Shown piece by piece: positions 8,271 to 17,954 of a DNA stretch of 57,818 bases. Every line of letters starts with the position of its first letter. Within the stretch, counting starts at the first letter, position 1. Under the pieces are notes generated by a model. The model had not been told where the DNA came from and did not search any database. It was given only the letters and a program-made list of their open reading frames with translations. The translations under genes were made by a program, and so were the position numbers. The DNA is from Anaerolineales bacterium (GTDB lineage Bacteria; Chloroflexota; Anaerolineae; Anaerolineales; UBA11858), in assembly GCA_021161345.1 (NCBI GenBank), contig JAGHAU010000086.1, positions 1 to 57,818 of the forward strand, in the 5' to 3' direction.

Positions 8271-8774
8271 ATGCTTGTTACAACATTAGACAAATTAGTC
8301 CCGGGAGAATCGGGCAGAATCTTAAAAGTAAGTGGAAGAGGGGCTATTCGGCGTCGGTTGGTGGATATGGGTTTTACAACTGGAGCTGTGATAGAGATGA
8401 TTAAACTTTCCCCGTTGGGGGATCCTGTCGAATATCGACTGCGTGGGTACCATCTCTCTCTGAGAAAATCTGAAGCAATGACAATTGAAGTGGAACTGAT
8501 ATCCGATCCAATCCCACACAGAAGAAGAGGGCATTTTTCTGGATCGGGCCTGACGTTGGGAAGCTGCGGATCTGGTGAGCAAGTTGTTATTACCAGGACC
8601 CGGGGGGGCAAAAGGCTTCACAAAAGGCTTGAGGAACTTGGATTAAAACCCGGTTCTGAAGTCAGTATCATTCAGAATGAATTCCCGGGACCCTTGATCA
8701 TTTCAAATAATGATGGAAAAAGGTTGGTCCTTGGAAAAGGTATGGCCATGCATATCATGGTTAAACCTTCCTGA
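8271..8774 (+). CDS. feoA: Tandem FeoA-domain protein (two FeoA/SH3-like domains)
   Basis: Two repeats of the FeoA pattern: LVPGESGRILKV...RRLVDMGFTTGAVIEMI and GEQVVITR...KRLEELGLKPGSEVSII. Confidence 0.9.
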   Translation: MLVTTLDKLVPGESGRILKVSGRGAIRRRLVDMGFTTGAVIEMIKLSPLGDPVEYRLRGYHLSLRKSEAMTIEVELISDPIPHRRRGHFSGSGLTLGSCGSGEQVVITRTRGGKRLHKRLEELGLKPGSEVSIIQNEFPGPLIISNNDGKRLVLGKGMAMHIMVKPS

Positions 8775-8795
8775 TCCAACCTGGAGAATATTTTC

Positions 8796-11051
8796 ATGAA
8801 CAAGACCATCGCACTGGCAGGCAATCCTAATGTAGGAAAGAGCACGCTTTTTAATGCCCTGACAGGTTCCCATCAGCATGTTGGCAATTGGCCGGGAAAG
8901 ACTGTAGAGAAAAAAGATGGCCAGCTGTGGATTGGAGAGCAGGAGATCCGGGTTGTAGATTTACCTGGAACTTACAGCCTGACAGCCTATTCGATCGAAG
9001 AGATCATCACCCGCGATTTTATTGTCAACGAAAAGCCCACCGCCGTGATTGCGGTCGTAAATGCCGCCAACCTGGACCGGAATCTATATCTGGTTACCCA
9101 GCTGATCGAATTGGATATCCCGGTCATTGTTGCTTTAAATATGACCGATGTGGCCAGAAGACGAGGACTGGCTATTTCTCTGAAAGGATTATCAGAACGC
9201 CTGGGAGGGCTCCCGGTAGTAGAGACAGTGGGGAACCGCAGCGAAGGTTTGGAAGACCTGAAAGAAGCCATTGAATTGGTTATCAAATATCCCCACACCG
9301 GGAATGTCCAGACCAGCTTCAGTGGTATTGTTCAGGAGGAGATCGAGAGCCTCAAGGTAATGATTGAAGGCCAAGAGCAACTCAAAGAAAATTATCGTCC
9401 TGGTTGGCTGGCAACCAAGCTGCTTGAAAACGATCTGGATGTTATTAAAAAGCTGGAAACCCTGGAAGTGGAGGGATTGCTGGAGTCAGCCCGGGCCGCC
9501 CGTGAGCGAATAGAAACTCAAACCGGAGAGGATCCAGAGATCCTGATTGCTGATCAGCGCTACCAATTTGTGGACAAGGTGATTGATTCCGCAGTAGAAC
9601 ACCCCCGGGAAACCACCATCACCCGCTCGGAGAGGATTGATAAAGTTGTCACTCACAAGATCTGGGGTTTGCCGATCTTTTTGTTATTGATGTGGTTGGT
9701 ATTTCAATTCACATCCAATGTAAGTGCCCCTTTCCTCGACTGGGTGGATGTGTTTATCAACGAACTTATCCTCAAGTGGACAGTAAGAATTCTGGGACTT
9801 GCGGGGTTAGGGAATTCTTGGATCTCATCATTGATCACTGATGGAGTGATCGCTGGAGTGGGGGGAGTGCTGGTCTTTGTACCTGTTTTGCTCTTCCTTT
9901 ATCTGGCTCTGGGTGTAATGGAGGATTCTGGCTACATGGCCAGGGCGGCGTTTGTTATGGATCGAGTTATGCGCTGGATGGGCTTACATGGAAAGAGCTT
10001 CCTGCCCATGATCATCGGATTCGGGTGTACGGTCCCGGCAGTTTACGCCACCAGGACTCTAGAGAATGAAAAAGACCGTAAGCTAACAGCTTTTCTGGCT
10101 ACCTTCATGAGCTGCGGGGCCCGCCTCCCTGTTTATGTAGTGTTCGGAGCGGCATTCTTTGGAGCTTCTTCTGGAACGCTGGTTTTTGCCATGTACTTTC
10201 TGGGAATAGTTGTGGCTCTGATCACGGGGTTCGTGATGAAAAACACCGTTTATAAAAGTAAACCCCCTGTGCCATTTGTGATGGAGCTGCCGCCTTATCG
10301 TATTCCCCGCCCCAGGGATGTCTGGAACCAAATGTGGGAGCGCACTCATGGCTTTCTGGTGAAATCGGGGACTGTGATCCTGGGGGTTTCCGTAGCCCTG
10401 TGGTTATTGATGGCGATCCCCGCTCATCAGGATCTGGGTCCGTTTAATGAGATCCAGGCAGGTGACAGCTTATTTGGCCGGATCAGCGGCCTATTAGCTC
10501 CGGTATTTAAACCGGCGGGATTTGGATCCTGGCAGACCACTGGCTCGTTGATGACCGGGATTCTGGCCAAGGAGGTCATTGTAAGCACTATGAGCCAGAT
10601 CTATGCTGGGGAGAGCCTTCCTGTTGTAGATACGACTGCTTCCTTCCAGGAAGATCTTGTTTTAGTGGGAACAGGTTTTGGCAGGGCTGCCTTTCTTACA
10701 GTCCAGGAAACGATCAATATCATCCCCCGAACTATTAATTTGATCCCATTTGTGGACTTGGGTGAGCTGGATTTTTTACCAACAGAAGGACAAGAGCTGG
10801 ATTATACCCGTTTGGAGGGTTCACTGATAAAAGCCTTTGAAAAAACCGCTGGCTCTCCCCGGGCAGGGGCAATTGCCGCAGTTGCTTTCAATGTCTTTGT
10901 TTTGCTTTATATCCCCTGTGTTGCAGCAGTCACAGCCATGAAACAGGAATTTGGACGGCGCTGGATGTGGGCCCAGATAACTTATACCCTGGTGATTGCC
11001 TGGACTGCCTCTGTGGTGGTTTTCCAGGTGGGAAAGTTGTTTTTTCTCTAG
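8796..11051 (+). CDS. feoB: Ferrous iron transporter FeoB
   Basis: N-terminal G-domain reads [16 protein letters not shown], with DLPGTYSL and a polytopic membrane domain. GGAGA Shine-Dalgarno sequence upstream. Confidence 0.95.
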   Translation: MNKTIALAGNPNVGKSTLFNALTGSHQHVGNWPGKTVEKKDGQLWIGEQEIRVVDLPGTYSLTAYSIEEIITRDFIVNEKPTAVIAVVNAANLDRNLYLVTQLIELDIPVIVALNMTDVARRRGLAISLKGLSERLGGLPVVETVGNRSEGLEDLKEAIELVIKYPHTGNVQTSFSGIVQEEIESLKVMIEGQEQLKENYRPGWLATKLLENDLDVIKKLETLEVEGLLESARAARERIETQTGEDPEILIADQRYQFVDKVIDSAVEHPRETTITRSERIDKVVTHKIWGLPIFLLLMWLVFQFTSNVSAPFLDWVDVFINELILKWTVRILGLAGLGNSWISSLITDGVIAGVGGVLVFVPVLLFLYLALGVMEDSGYMARAAFVMDRVMRWMGLHGKSFLPMIIGFGCTVPAVYATRTLENEKDRKLTAFLATFMSCGARLPVYVVFGAAFFGASSGTLVFAMYFLGIVVALITGFVMKNTVYKSKPPVPFVMELPPYRIPRPRDVWNQMWERTHGFLVKSGTVILGVSVALWLLMAIPAHQDLGPFNEIQAGDSLFGRISGLLAPVFKPAGFGSWQTTGSLMTGILAKEVIVSTMSQIYAGESLPVVDTTASFQEDLVLVGTGFGRAAFLTVQETINIIPRTINLIPFVDLGELDFLPTEGQELDYTRLEGSLIKAFEKTAGSPRAGAIAAVAFNVFVLLYIPCVAAVTAMKQEFGRRWMWAQITYTLVIAWTASVVVFQVGKLFFL

Positions 11052-11062
11052 AGGAATGTGAA

Positions 11063-11359
11063 ATGGCAACCACTACATTAAGCAAACTCCTGGAAAAGTT
11101 TGAGGAAATTTCTGGTGCGCTGTCCATCCAGGCCTTGGCGTCTGAATTGGAGCTCAGGCCGGCCCAGGTGGAAAGTATGGTGGACTTTTGGATCAACAAG
11201 GGAAGGATCCGTGTTTCAACCAATCCATCTGAGTGCGGCAGCTGTTCGGTCCAGGGTGATTGCCCCTTTATACTTGAAATGCCGAGAACTTTTGAGCTGG
11301 TAAATGATCATGCTCACAACCAAGAATTGGTTTCACGGATACCCTGCAATCAAAAGTAA
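11063..11359 (+). CDS. feoC: FeoC-like winged-helix protein with Cys cluster
   Basis: MATTTLSKLLEKFEEISGALSIQALASELELRPAQVESMVDFWINKGRI followed by CGSCSVQGDCP. It lies immediately after feoB. The ATG at 11063 removes the overlap with feoB. Confidence 0.65.
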   Translation: MATTTLSKLLEKFEEISGALSIQALASELELRPAQVESMVDFWINKGRIRVSTNPSECGSCSVQGDCPFILEMPRTFELVNDHAHNQELVSRIPCNQK

Positions 11360-11377
11360 ATATATCTATGAATCAAA

Positions 11378-11412
11378 AGAACCGTCAATTCTCAGTTGGC
11401 GGTTCTTTTTTT
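11378..11412 (+). terminator. Rho-independent terminator of the feo operon
   Basis: AGAACCGTCAA / TTGGCGGTTCT stem followed by a T8 run. Confidence 0.7.
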
Positions 11413-11465
11413 AATCAAGCTGGTGTTGATTGATTTACTTTATTTACCTTTGACACATCGAGCTG

Positions 11466-11570
11466 ACGAATGAATTCGTGGCTGGGAAGGGTAAGTCCCA
11501 CCTGCGAGGGACTGTTGAATTCTCAACCGCCCTAGGGCGGTTTCCTGACCTCAACAATGACTTCAGTCAT
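11466..11570. other. Array of five consecutive short hairpins in the feoC-marR intergenic region (unknown structured element)
   Basis: The five hairpins are ACGAA-tgaa-TTCGT (11466-79), AGTCCC-N8-GGGACT (11494-513), GTTGA-attc-TCAAC (11514-27), AACCGCC-ctag-GGCGGTT (11525-42) and ATGAC-ttca-GTCAT (11557-70). A second TCAAC at 11551-55 offers alternative pairing with GTTGA. Confidence 0.35.
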
Positions 11571-11597
11571 CGTGATATTGGTGAAATTTCGTATCCC

Positions 11598-11628
11598 TTG
11601 ACATTCTTTAATTACTCCATATAATTAA
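11598..11628 (+). promoter_or_regulatory. Sigma70-type promoter of marR/ABC operon with overlapping inverted repeat TTAATTA-N7-TAATTAA (candidate MarR operator)
   Basis: TTGACA at 11598-603, a 16-nt spacer, and TATAAT at 11620-625. The inverted-repeat arms lie at 11608-614 and 11622-628. Confidence 0.5.
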
Positions 11629-11657
11629 GCAGACTTAAATATTAAACGAGGTGAAGT

Positions 11658-12119
11658 ATGTCCCCTCAAGATTTGTTTTATTCTATGTTCCACGAGTGGA
11701 TGGAAATATCCATGCACCGCTCCATGCGCGGGTATATGCATTATGCCCGTGAGAAAGGCTTGTCGAGGTCGATGATAGGCACATTATTTCATCTCAGCCA
11801 CCGTGACCATGCAGGTGTTACACATTTGGGGGAACACCTCGGTGTCAGCAGCGCCGCCGCCAGTCAGATGCTGGAGCACCTGGTGGAAGAAGGGTTGATT
11901 CAGCGCACTGAAGATCCTGAAGACCGCCGAATGAAAAAGCTCTCCTTGACTGAAAAAGGGTATCAGGTTGTGAAAGAAAGTGTCAGCGCACGATTGGGCT
12001 GGCTCGATGAATTATCGGCAAATCTTTCTGAAGAGGAAAAAAACCAGATCTCGAAAGTGATTAATTTGATCATCGAAAAATCGAGAGAATTGGATCTCCC
12101 TGACAAGGGAGAATGCTAA
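11658..12119 (+). CDS. MarR-family transcriptional regulator
   Basis: Winged-HTH pattern LGEHLGVSSAAASQMLEHLVEEGLIQRTEDPEDRRMKKLSLTEKG. Confidence 0.85.
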   Translation: MSPQDLFYSMFHEWMEISMHRSMRGYMHYAREKGLSRSMIGTLFHLSHRDHAGVTHLGEHLGVSSAAASQMLEHLVEEGLIQRTEDPEDRRMKKLSLTEKGYQVVKESVSARLGWLDELSANLSEEEKNQISKVINLIIEKSRELDLPDKGEC

Positions 12120-12138
12120 TTAGAGGAGTCCCAAACTT

Positions 12139-14379
12139 ATGCGGCGATTACTTAAATTCTTAAAACCCTATACATTTTTGATTGTCCTGGCGACCATCTT
12201 ATTGTTCATCCAGGCTAACGCAGATCTGGCTCTGCCGGATTACTTATCCAATATCGTTAATGTTGGCATTCAACAGAATGGTGTGGAAAACGCAGTTCCG
12301 GATGCGATCCGCCAGGAAACTATGGATAAATTGCTTTTATTCATGGGGGAAGATGATGCCCAGTTTGTATTAGGCAAATATCACCTTGCAGAACTCGGAT
12401 CTATTGAAGCGGAAGATCTCATAGAGAAATACCCCTTGATCGAAGGGGAAGAAGTTTTATTCCTGGGCGATTTCGATCAAACCACGACAGATGAATTGAA
12501 TTCTATCCTGGGGAAAGCCTTTATTGCGGTTTCTGGCATTCAACAGATGGTAGATAACCCTGACGCAGCGATGCCTTTTGGAGAGGGTTTTGATTTCGAT
12601 CCTTCCCGTATTCCAGCCGGAATGGATGTGTTCCAGGCATTAGGAATGATGCCGGAAGACATGAGATTAGAAATGACTGACCGAATGGAAGAAGCCTTTG
12701 AATCCCTGGGAGAGAAAATGATCACCCAGATGGCTGTTGGCGCGGTCAAGGAAGAGTATGAGGCTCTTGGTATGGATGCGAGCAGGCTTCAGCGAGATTA
12801 TATCCTGCGAACCGGTGGCATGATGCTGCTGTTATCTTTGCTTGGCGGTGTGGCGACAATTGGGTCAGGTTATCTATCCGCCCGAACAGCTGCTGGCGCA
12901 GCCAGGGATATCCGGGGAGCGGTCTTTAAAAAGGTAGAAAGCTTTACCAGCGCTGAATTTTCCAAGTTTTCCACGGCATCTTTGATCACTCGTTCTACCA
13001 ATGACGTCACCCAGGTTCAAACGGTGATCTTCATGTTCATGCGTATGGTGCTCTTCGCGCCGATTTTGGGTGTGGGTGGTGTCATCAAGGCCATTGATAA
13101 AAGTGCCAGTATGTGGTGGCTGATCGGTTTGGCTGTCCTGCTGCTGGTAGGGATGATCGTTGTGGTATTTTCGATTGCGGTTCCCAAATTTAAATTGATG
13201 CAGGAATTAATTGACCGGCTCAACTTGGTTACCAGGGAAAACCTGTCAGGTATGATGGTCATCCGGGCGTTCAATAAAGAGGATGATGAATTGGTTCGAT
13301 TTGATAAAGCCAATCGGGACCTAACAGATACAGGCCTTTTTGTCGCCCGCGTGATGGTGATCATGATGCCAATGATGATGTTGATCATGAACGGTTTATC
13401 ATTGGCGATCATTTGGGTTGGGGCTCATCAAATTGCGGAATCCGCCATGCAGGTAGGTGATATGATGGCGTTCATGCAGTACGCTATGCAGATCGTGATG
13501 GCTTTCTTAATGATGTCAATGATGTTCATCTTCTTACCGCGAGCCGCAGTTTCTGGGGCCCGAATTGCAGATGTATTGGATACTGAGGTTGAGATCCAGG
13601 ATCCTGAAAAACCAGAACCCTTCCCGGTTCCGTTCCGGGGCGAAATTGAATTCAAGGATGTTTCCTTTCACTATCCTGATGCGGAGGATGATGTTATCCA
13701 GGATATTAATTTCACTGCCCGACCTGGAGAAACGACAGCATTTATAGGCTCGACCGGCTGTGGAAAATCGACCGTCATTAACCTGATTCCCAGATTCTAC
13801 GATGTCACTCAGGGATCCATTTTACTGGATGGTGTGGATATCAGAGAAGTAGGGCAGAGCGATTTGCGGGACAGGATTGGTTATGTGCCTCAAAAAGGGA
13901 CCCTATTCTCAGGAACAATTCAAAGTAATATGCTCTATGCTGATAAGGAAGCTGCTCCGGAAGATGTTCGGGAGGCGCTGGATATTGCCCAGGCTAGCGA
14001 ATTTGTTTTTGATGATGAAGAAGGCCTTGATTCCGAAATATCACAGGGAGGAACTAATGTGTCTGGAGGTCAGAGGCAGCGGCTGGCAATTGCCAGGGCA
14101 TTGGTAAAGAAACCGCCCATATATATTTTTGATGATAGCTTCTCTGCCCTGGACTTTAAAACAGATTCAACGCTGCGCAGGGAGTTAAAGGCAAAAACTG
14201 GTGAAAGTACGGTATTGATTGTCACCCAACGGGTTGCCACTGTAAAGAACGCTGATCAGATCATCGTGTTAGACAAAGGGCGTGTAGTTGGAAAGGGAGC
14301 CCATCTGGAATTGATGAAAACCTGCGAGACCTATCAGGAGATAGCCTCCTCGCAGTTGAGCAAGGAGGAACTGCAATGA
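12139..14379 (+). CDS. ABC exporter permease/ATPase, degenerate-site subunit, with a ~190-aa extracytoplasmic insert between TM1 and TM2
   Basis: Walker A is GSTGCGKST and the signature is VSGGQRQR. Walker B is IYIFDDSFSALD (Asp replaces the catalytic Glu). The switch region is VTQRV (Gln replaces His). Confidence 0.9.
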   Translation: MRRLLKFLKPYTFLIVLATILLFIQANADLALPDYLSNIVNVGIQQNGVENAVPDAIRQETMDKLLLFMGEDDAQFVLGKYHLAELGSIEAEDLIEKYPLIEGEEVLFLGDFDQTTTDELNSILGKAFIAVSGIQQMVDNPDAAMPFGEGFDFDPSRIPAGMDVFQALGMMPEDMRLEMTDRMEEAFESLGEKMITQMAVGAVKEEYEALGMDASRLQRDYILRTGGMMLLLSLLGGVATIGSGYLSARTAAGAARDIRGAVFKKVESFTSAEFSKFSTASLITRSTNDVTQVQTVIFMFMRMVLFAPILGVGGVIKAIDKSASMWWLIGLAVLLLVGMIVVVFSIAVPKFKLMQELIDRLNLVTRENLSGMMVIRAFNKEDDELVRFDKANRDLTDTGLFVARVMVIMMPMMMLIMNGLSLAIIWVGAHQIAESAMQVGDMMAFMQYAMQIVMAFLMMSMMFIFLPRAAVSGARIADVLDTEVEIQDPEKPEPFPVPFRGEIEFKDVSFHYPDAEDDVIQDINFTARPGETTAFIGSTGCGKSTVINLIPRFYDVTQGSILLDGVDIREVGQSDLRDRIGYVPQKGTLFSGTIQSNMLYADKEAAPEDVREALDIAQASEFVFDDEEGLDSEISQGGTNVSGGQRQRLAIARALVKKPPIYIFDDSFSALDFKTDSTLRRELKAKTGESTVLIVTQRVATVKNADQIIVLDKGRVVGKGAHLELMKTCETYQEIASSQLSKEELQ

Positions 14380-16262
14380 CAATGCATGGAAGAGAATCTG
14401 CAACCCCTCGCAAGGAATCCAGTGGACCAATGAGACGAGGTGGTCCTGGAAGTCATATGGGGGCGATGATGAAAGGCGATAAAGCCCGGGATTTCAAGGG
14501 CACAATGAGCAAGCTGTTGGCTTATCTGGGATCCTATAATATTGGCATTCTGGTTGTGATGGTTTTTGCAATTGCCTCAACAGTATTTACAATCATTGGA
14601 CCTAAAATTCTCGGAAGGGCGACTACGAAACTCTTTGAAGGTGTAATGGCAATGATTGCCGGCACTGGTGCTGGCATTGACTTTGATTTTATTGGTCGGA
14701 TCATTTTGATCACGATTGGTCTTTACCTGACTTCAACAATATTCAGCTATATTCAGGGATGGATCATGTCTGGTATAGCAGTGGACATCACATATCGCTT
14801 TCGAAAAGATATCGTTAAAAAGATCAACCGCATGCCTTTCAAGTATTTTGATAATACCAGCCAGGGTGAGGTGCTTTCCAGGATCACCAACGATGTTGAT
14901 ACGGTGAACCAGACCCTGAACCAGAGCCTCTCGCAAATCATCACATCCGTGGTAACTGTGGTTGGCGTGCTGGTCATGATGCTGACTATTAGTTGGAAAA
15001 TGACCCTCGTGGCGCTAACGATCATTCCAATATCTGCAGTGGTTGTAATGCTGATCGTTCGCCAATCTCAGAAGTATTTCACACAGCAACAGGAATACCT
15101 GGGTCATATCAACGGACATGTAGAAGAAATGTTCGGCGGCCACCTGGTGATGAAGGCCTTTAATGGCGAAGCGGATAGCGTCGAGAAATTCGAAGGGTTT
15201 AACAAGACACTTTTCAGTTCTGCCTGGAAATCGCAATTCTTGTCGGGATTGATGATGCCGGTGATGCGTTTTGTGGGCAACCTTGGTTATGTGGGAATTT
15301 CTATTTTGGGCGGCTACTTGGCCATCCAGAAGGCGATTACCGTGGGAGATATCCAGGCCTTTATTCAGTATGTGAACTCCTTTACCCGGCCTATCACCCA
15401 GATCGCTAACATTTCAAATGTGCTGCAGCAAACCGCGGCAGCCGCTGAGCGAGTATTTGAGTTCCTTGAGGAAGAAGAAGAGATCCCGGAAGTTGAAAAC
15501 TCAGTCGTCCCGGATGAGATCAAAGGCCATGTCGAATTCCAAAACGTGCAGTTCGGCTACGATCCTGAGGAAATCATCATTAACGATTTTTCGGCTGATG
15601 TACAGCCAGGACAAAAAATTGCCCTGGTAGGACCAACGGGTGCCGGAAAAACCACTATGGTCAAACTCTTGATGCGGTTTTATGATGTCCAGAAGGGCGC
15701 CATTATAATCGATGGGCAAAATATCAAGGATTACAAACGGGCGGATCTGCGCTGTTTGTTTGGCATGGTGCTGCAGGATACCTGGTTGTATAACGATACC
15801 ATCATGGAAAATATCCGTTACGGTAGACCGGGAGCGAGTGACGAAGAAGTGATCCGGGCTGCCAAAGCGGCTCACGTTGATCACTTTGTGCGCACACTAT
15901 CAGAAGGTTATGATATGGTGCTTAATGAAGAAACATCCAATATCTCCCAGGGACAGAAACAGCTGCTGACCATTGCCCGAGCTTTTGTGACAGATCCCAG
16001 CATGTTAATCCTGGACGAAGCCACAAGTTCAGTGGATACCCGCACAGAGGTGTTGATCCAGAAAGCGATGGAAAAATTAATGCAGGGCCGCACGTCCTTC
16101 ATTATCGCCCATCGGCTATCCACCATCCGCAATGCGGATCGGATATTGGTCATGAATGAGGGCGATATTGTGGAGCAAGGCAATCACGGAGAGCTGCTGT
16201 CAAAAAATGGCTTTTATGCAGAGTTATATAACAGCCAGTTTGACTTGACAGGGGAGAATTGA
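14376..16262 (+). CDS. ABC exporter permease/ATPase, consensus-site subunit
   Basis: Walker A is GPTGAGKTT, Walker B is LILDEATSSVD and the switch is IIAHRLSTI. The signature is degenerate (ISQGQKQ). The ATGA start/stop overlap with the upstream subunit implies translational coupling. Confidence 0.9.
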   Translation: MTMHGRESATPRKESSGPMRRGGPGSHMGAMMKGDKARDFKGTMSKLLAYLGSYNIGILVVMVFAIASTVFTIIGPKILGRATTKLFEGVMAMIAGTGAGIDFDFIGRIILITIGLYLTSTIFSYIQGWIMSGIAVDITYRFRKDIVKKINRMPFKYFDNTSQGEVLSRITNDVDTVNQTLNQSLSQIITSVVTVVGVLVMMLTISWKMTLVALTIIPISAVVVMLIVRQSQKYFTQQQEYLGHINGHVEEMFGGHLVMKAFNGEADSVEKFEGFNKTLFSSAWKSQFLSGLMMPVMRFVGNLGYVGISILGGYLAIQKAITVGDIQAFIQYVNSFTRPITQIANISNVLQQTAAAAERVFEFLEEEEEIPEVENSVVPDEIKGHVEFQNVQFGYDPEEIIINDFSADVQPGQKIALVGPTGAGKTTMVKLLMRFYDVQKGAIIIDGQNIKDYKRADLRCLFGMVLQDTWLYNDTIMENIRYGRPGASDEEVIRAAKAAHVDHFVRTLSEGYDMVLNEETSNISQGQKQLLTIARAFVTDPSMLILDEATSSVDTRTEVLIQKAMEKLMQGRTSFIIAHRLSTIRNADRILVMNEGDIVEQGNHGELLSKNGFYAELYNSQFDLTGEN

Positions 16263-16282
16263 ACTTCCTGAGCTAATGATTA

Positions 16283-16318
16283 AAACCGCACCAGAATTTT
16301 CTGGTGCGGTTTTTTTTA
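16283..16318. terminator. Bidirectional rho-independent terminator between the ABC operon and the convergent MATE gene
   Basis: AAAACCGCACCAG-aatttt-CTGGTGCGGTTTT stem flanked by A and T runs. Confidence 0.8.
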
Positions 16319-16331
16319 TATGTGAGTTTTT

Positions 16332-17669
16332 TTAGGATCGATTTTCTTTGAAAATACTCTGGCCAATTCCAGGCCAGATCCGCAGAATTCCAAACAACCC
16401 TCGCATGATGTTCCAGCCGCCAATTAGAATCCAAACCCAGACCAATGAACTATAGTTACTTTGTTCCAGGATCCAGAGACTGATGATCCCGGCCAGAGAA
16501 GCCATTAACATGGCATTGCGCAGGTAGCGGAAATCGCCGGTCCCCCAATGGATGCCATCAGTTAAGAAAGCCAGGGAATTGATTGGTTGGCTAAGGGAGG
16601 AGATCCCCCAGGCGTATATAAAGACACCCATGGCTGTGAAAGGTACCAATAGATCGATCACTAGATATCGTCCAACCCACATCAGGATGCCCAGAAGTAC
16701 ACCGGTTCCGAGACTCCACCATAAACCTACTCTCACCACTCGTTTTACAGTAGATAATGAATCCTGTCCAATAAAGAAGCCGACCAGGGATTGAACTGTG
16801 GCCGCAAATGCATCCAGGACGAGAGCGGTAAAGACCCACATTTGGCGGATAACCTGGTGTGCTGCACCCGCATCCGCACCGAGTTGATTGGCAACCCGGG
16901 TTGTATAGGCCAGGAAAAGGTTTAATATTCCGGTGCGTATAAACATGTCTCCGCCGATGGAAAGAAGCGCCCCGGCATCCTTAAAGACGATTTCTCGGGT
17001 TGTACCAAGTTTTTTATTTACCAGTAGAATACCAGCCAGGGCACCCAGCCATTGGCTGATCGTGCTAGCCAGGGCTGATCCGGCTACACCCAGGGCTGGA
17101 AAGGGACCCCGACCGAAGATCATCAACCAATCGAGGAGCAAATTCAGAAGGTTTACTCCCAGGGCGATCCACAAGGGTGTTTTCATGTCCTGGCGGCCGC
17201 GTAGAGCGCCGAAGCTAACCAGGGTCAATAAAACGGCCGGCGCGCCGAAAAGGCGGATTTGCATATATGAGACTGCGTTAGTCTTGACAGCGCCAGAAGC
17301 ACCCAATAACCCTGCCAGCCAGGCAGCACTAGGTCCGATCATCAAAATTAACAACAACCCAAAACCGGCTGCTAGTAGTAATGCAAGGCTGAGAGTTTTT
17401 TTGATTTTTTCCTGATCACTTTTTCCATAAGCCTGGGCAATTTCGGTTTGGGCCCCAACTCCCAAAAAATTAAACATCCAGAATAAGCTGGATAAAGCAG
17501 TGGTGCCCACTCCCAGGGCCGCCAGGGGAACCACTCCCAGAGAGGAGATAAAGGCTGTGTCCACCAGGGCAGTGATTGGCTCCGCGGTCAGAGAAATAAG
17601 CACCGGCAGAGATAAACTGATCATGGTTCGGTGCGGACGTTTAATAAACGGGTGGGGAGTTGTTTCCAT
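16332..17669 (-). CDS. MATE-family efflux transporter (DinF-like)
   Basis: 12-TM protein with a typical MATE N-terminus: ...ISLSLPVLISLTAEPITALVDTAFISSLG. Confidence 0.9.
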   Translation of the reverse strand: METTPHPFIKRPHRTMISLSLPVLISLTAEPITALVDTAFISSLGVVPLAALGVGTTALSSLFWMFNFLGVGAQTEIAQAYGKSDQEKIKKTLSLALLLAAGFGLLLILMIGPSAAWLAGLLGASGAVKTNAVSYMQIRLFGAPAVLLTLVSFGALRGRQDMKTPLWIALGVNLLNLLLDWLMIFGRGPFPALGVAGSALASTISQWLGALAGILLVNKKLGTTREIVFKDAGALLSIGGDMFIRTGILNLFLAYTTRVANQLGADAGAAHQVIRQMWVFTALVLDAFAATVQSLVGFFIGQDSLSTVKRVVRVGLWWSLGTGVLLGILMWVGRYLVIDLLVPFTAMGVFIYAWGISSLSQPINSLAFLTDGIHWGTGDFRYLRNAMLMASLAGIISLWILEQSNYSSLVWVWILIGGWNIMRGLFGILRIWPGIGQSIFKENRS

Positions 17670-17954
17670 AAATTGATCTCAATTAGGGGCGTTCTAATAA
17701 AGGCACAGATCAGATAGACCATATTTTACCGCTGTTCAGCGGCAATGAATTTGAAACTTAATTCGTGGATTTATAAAACCCCCACTCCCAGAAGAGCATA
17801 CCAGCCCATTCTTGTGGAGGGTTTTGATCATATTTACCAGAGTATCATCTATTTTGTGGATGACAGGAAGGCGGTTATTGTCTATGCTATTACTATTGCT
17901 AAAAAGAATTCAAAATTCCATTAAGTTTATTACTACCAAAAAGGAACCAGAAGA

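Noticed and set aside
10967-11062. N-terminal extension of the FeoC-like ORF given by the ORF track (start at 10967).
   Set aside because: The extension overlaps the last 85 nt of feoB in another frame and translates to Cys/Gly-rich nonsense. The ATG at 11063 gives the family-typical N-terminus.
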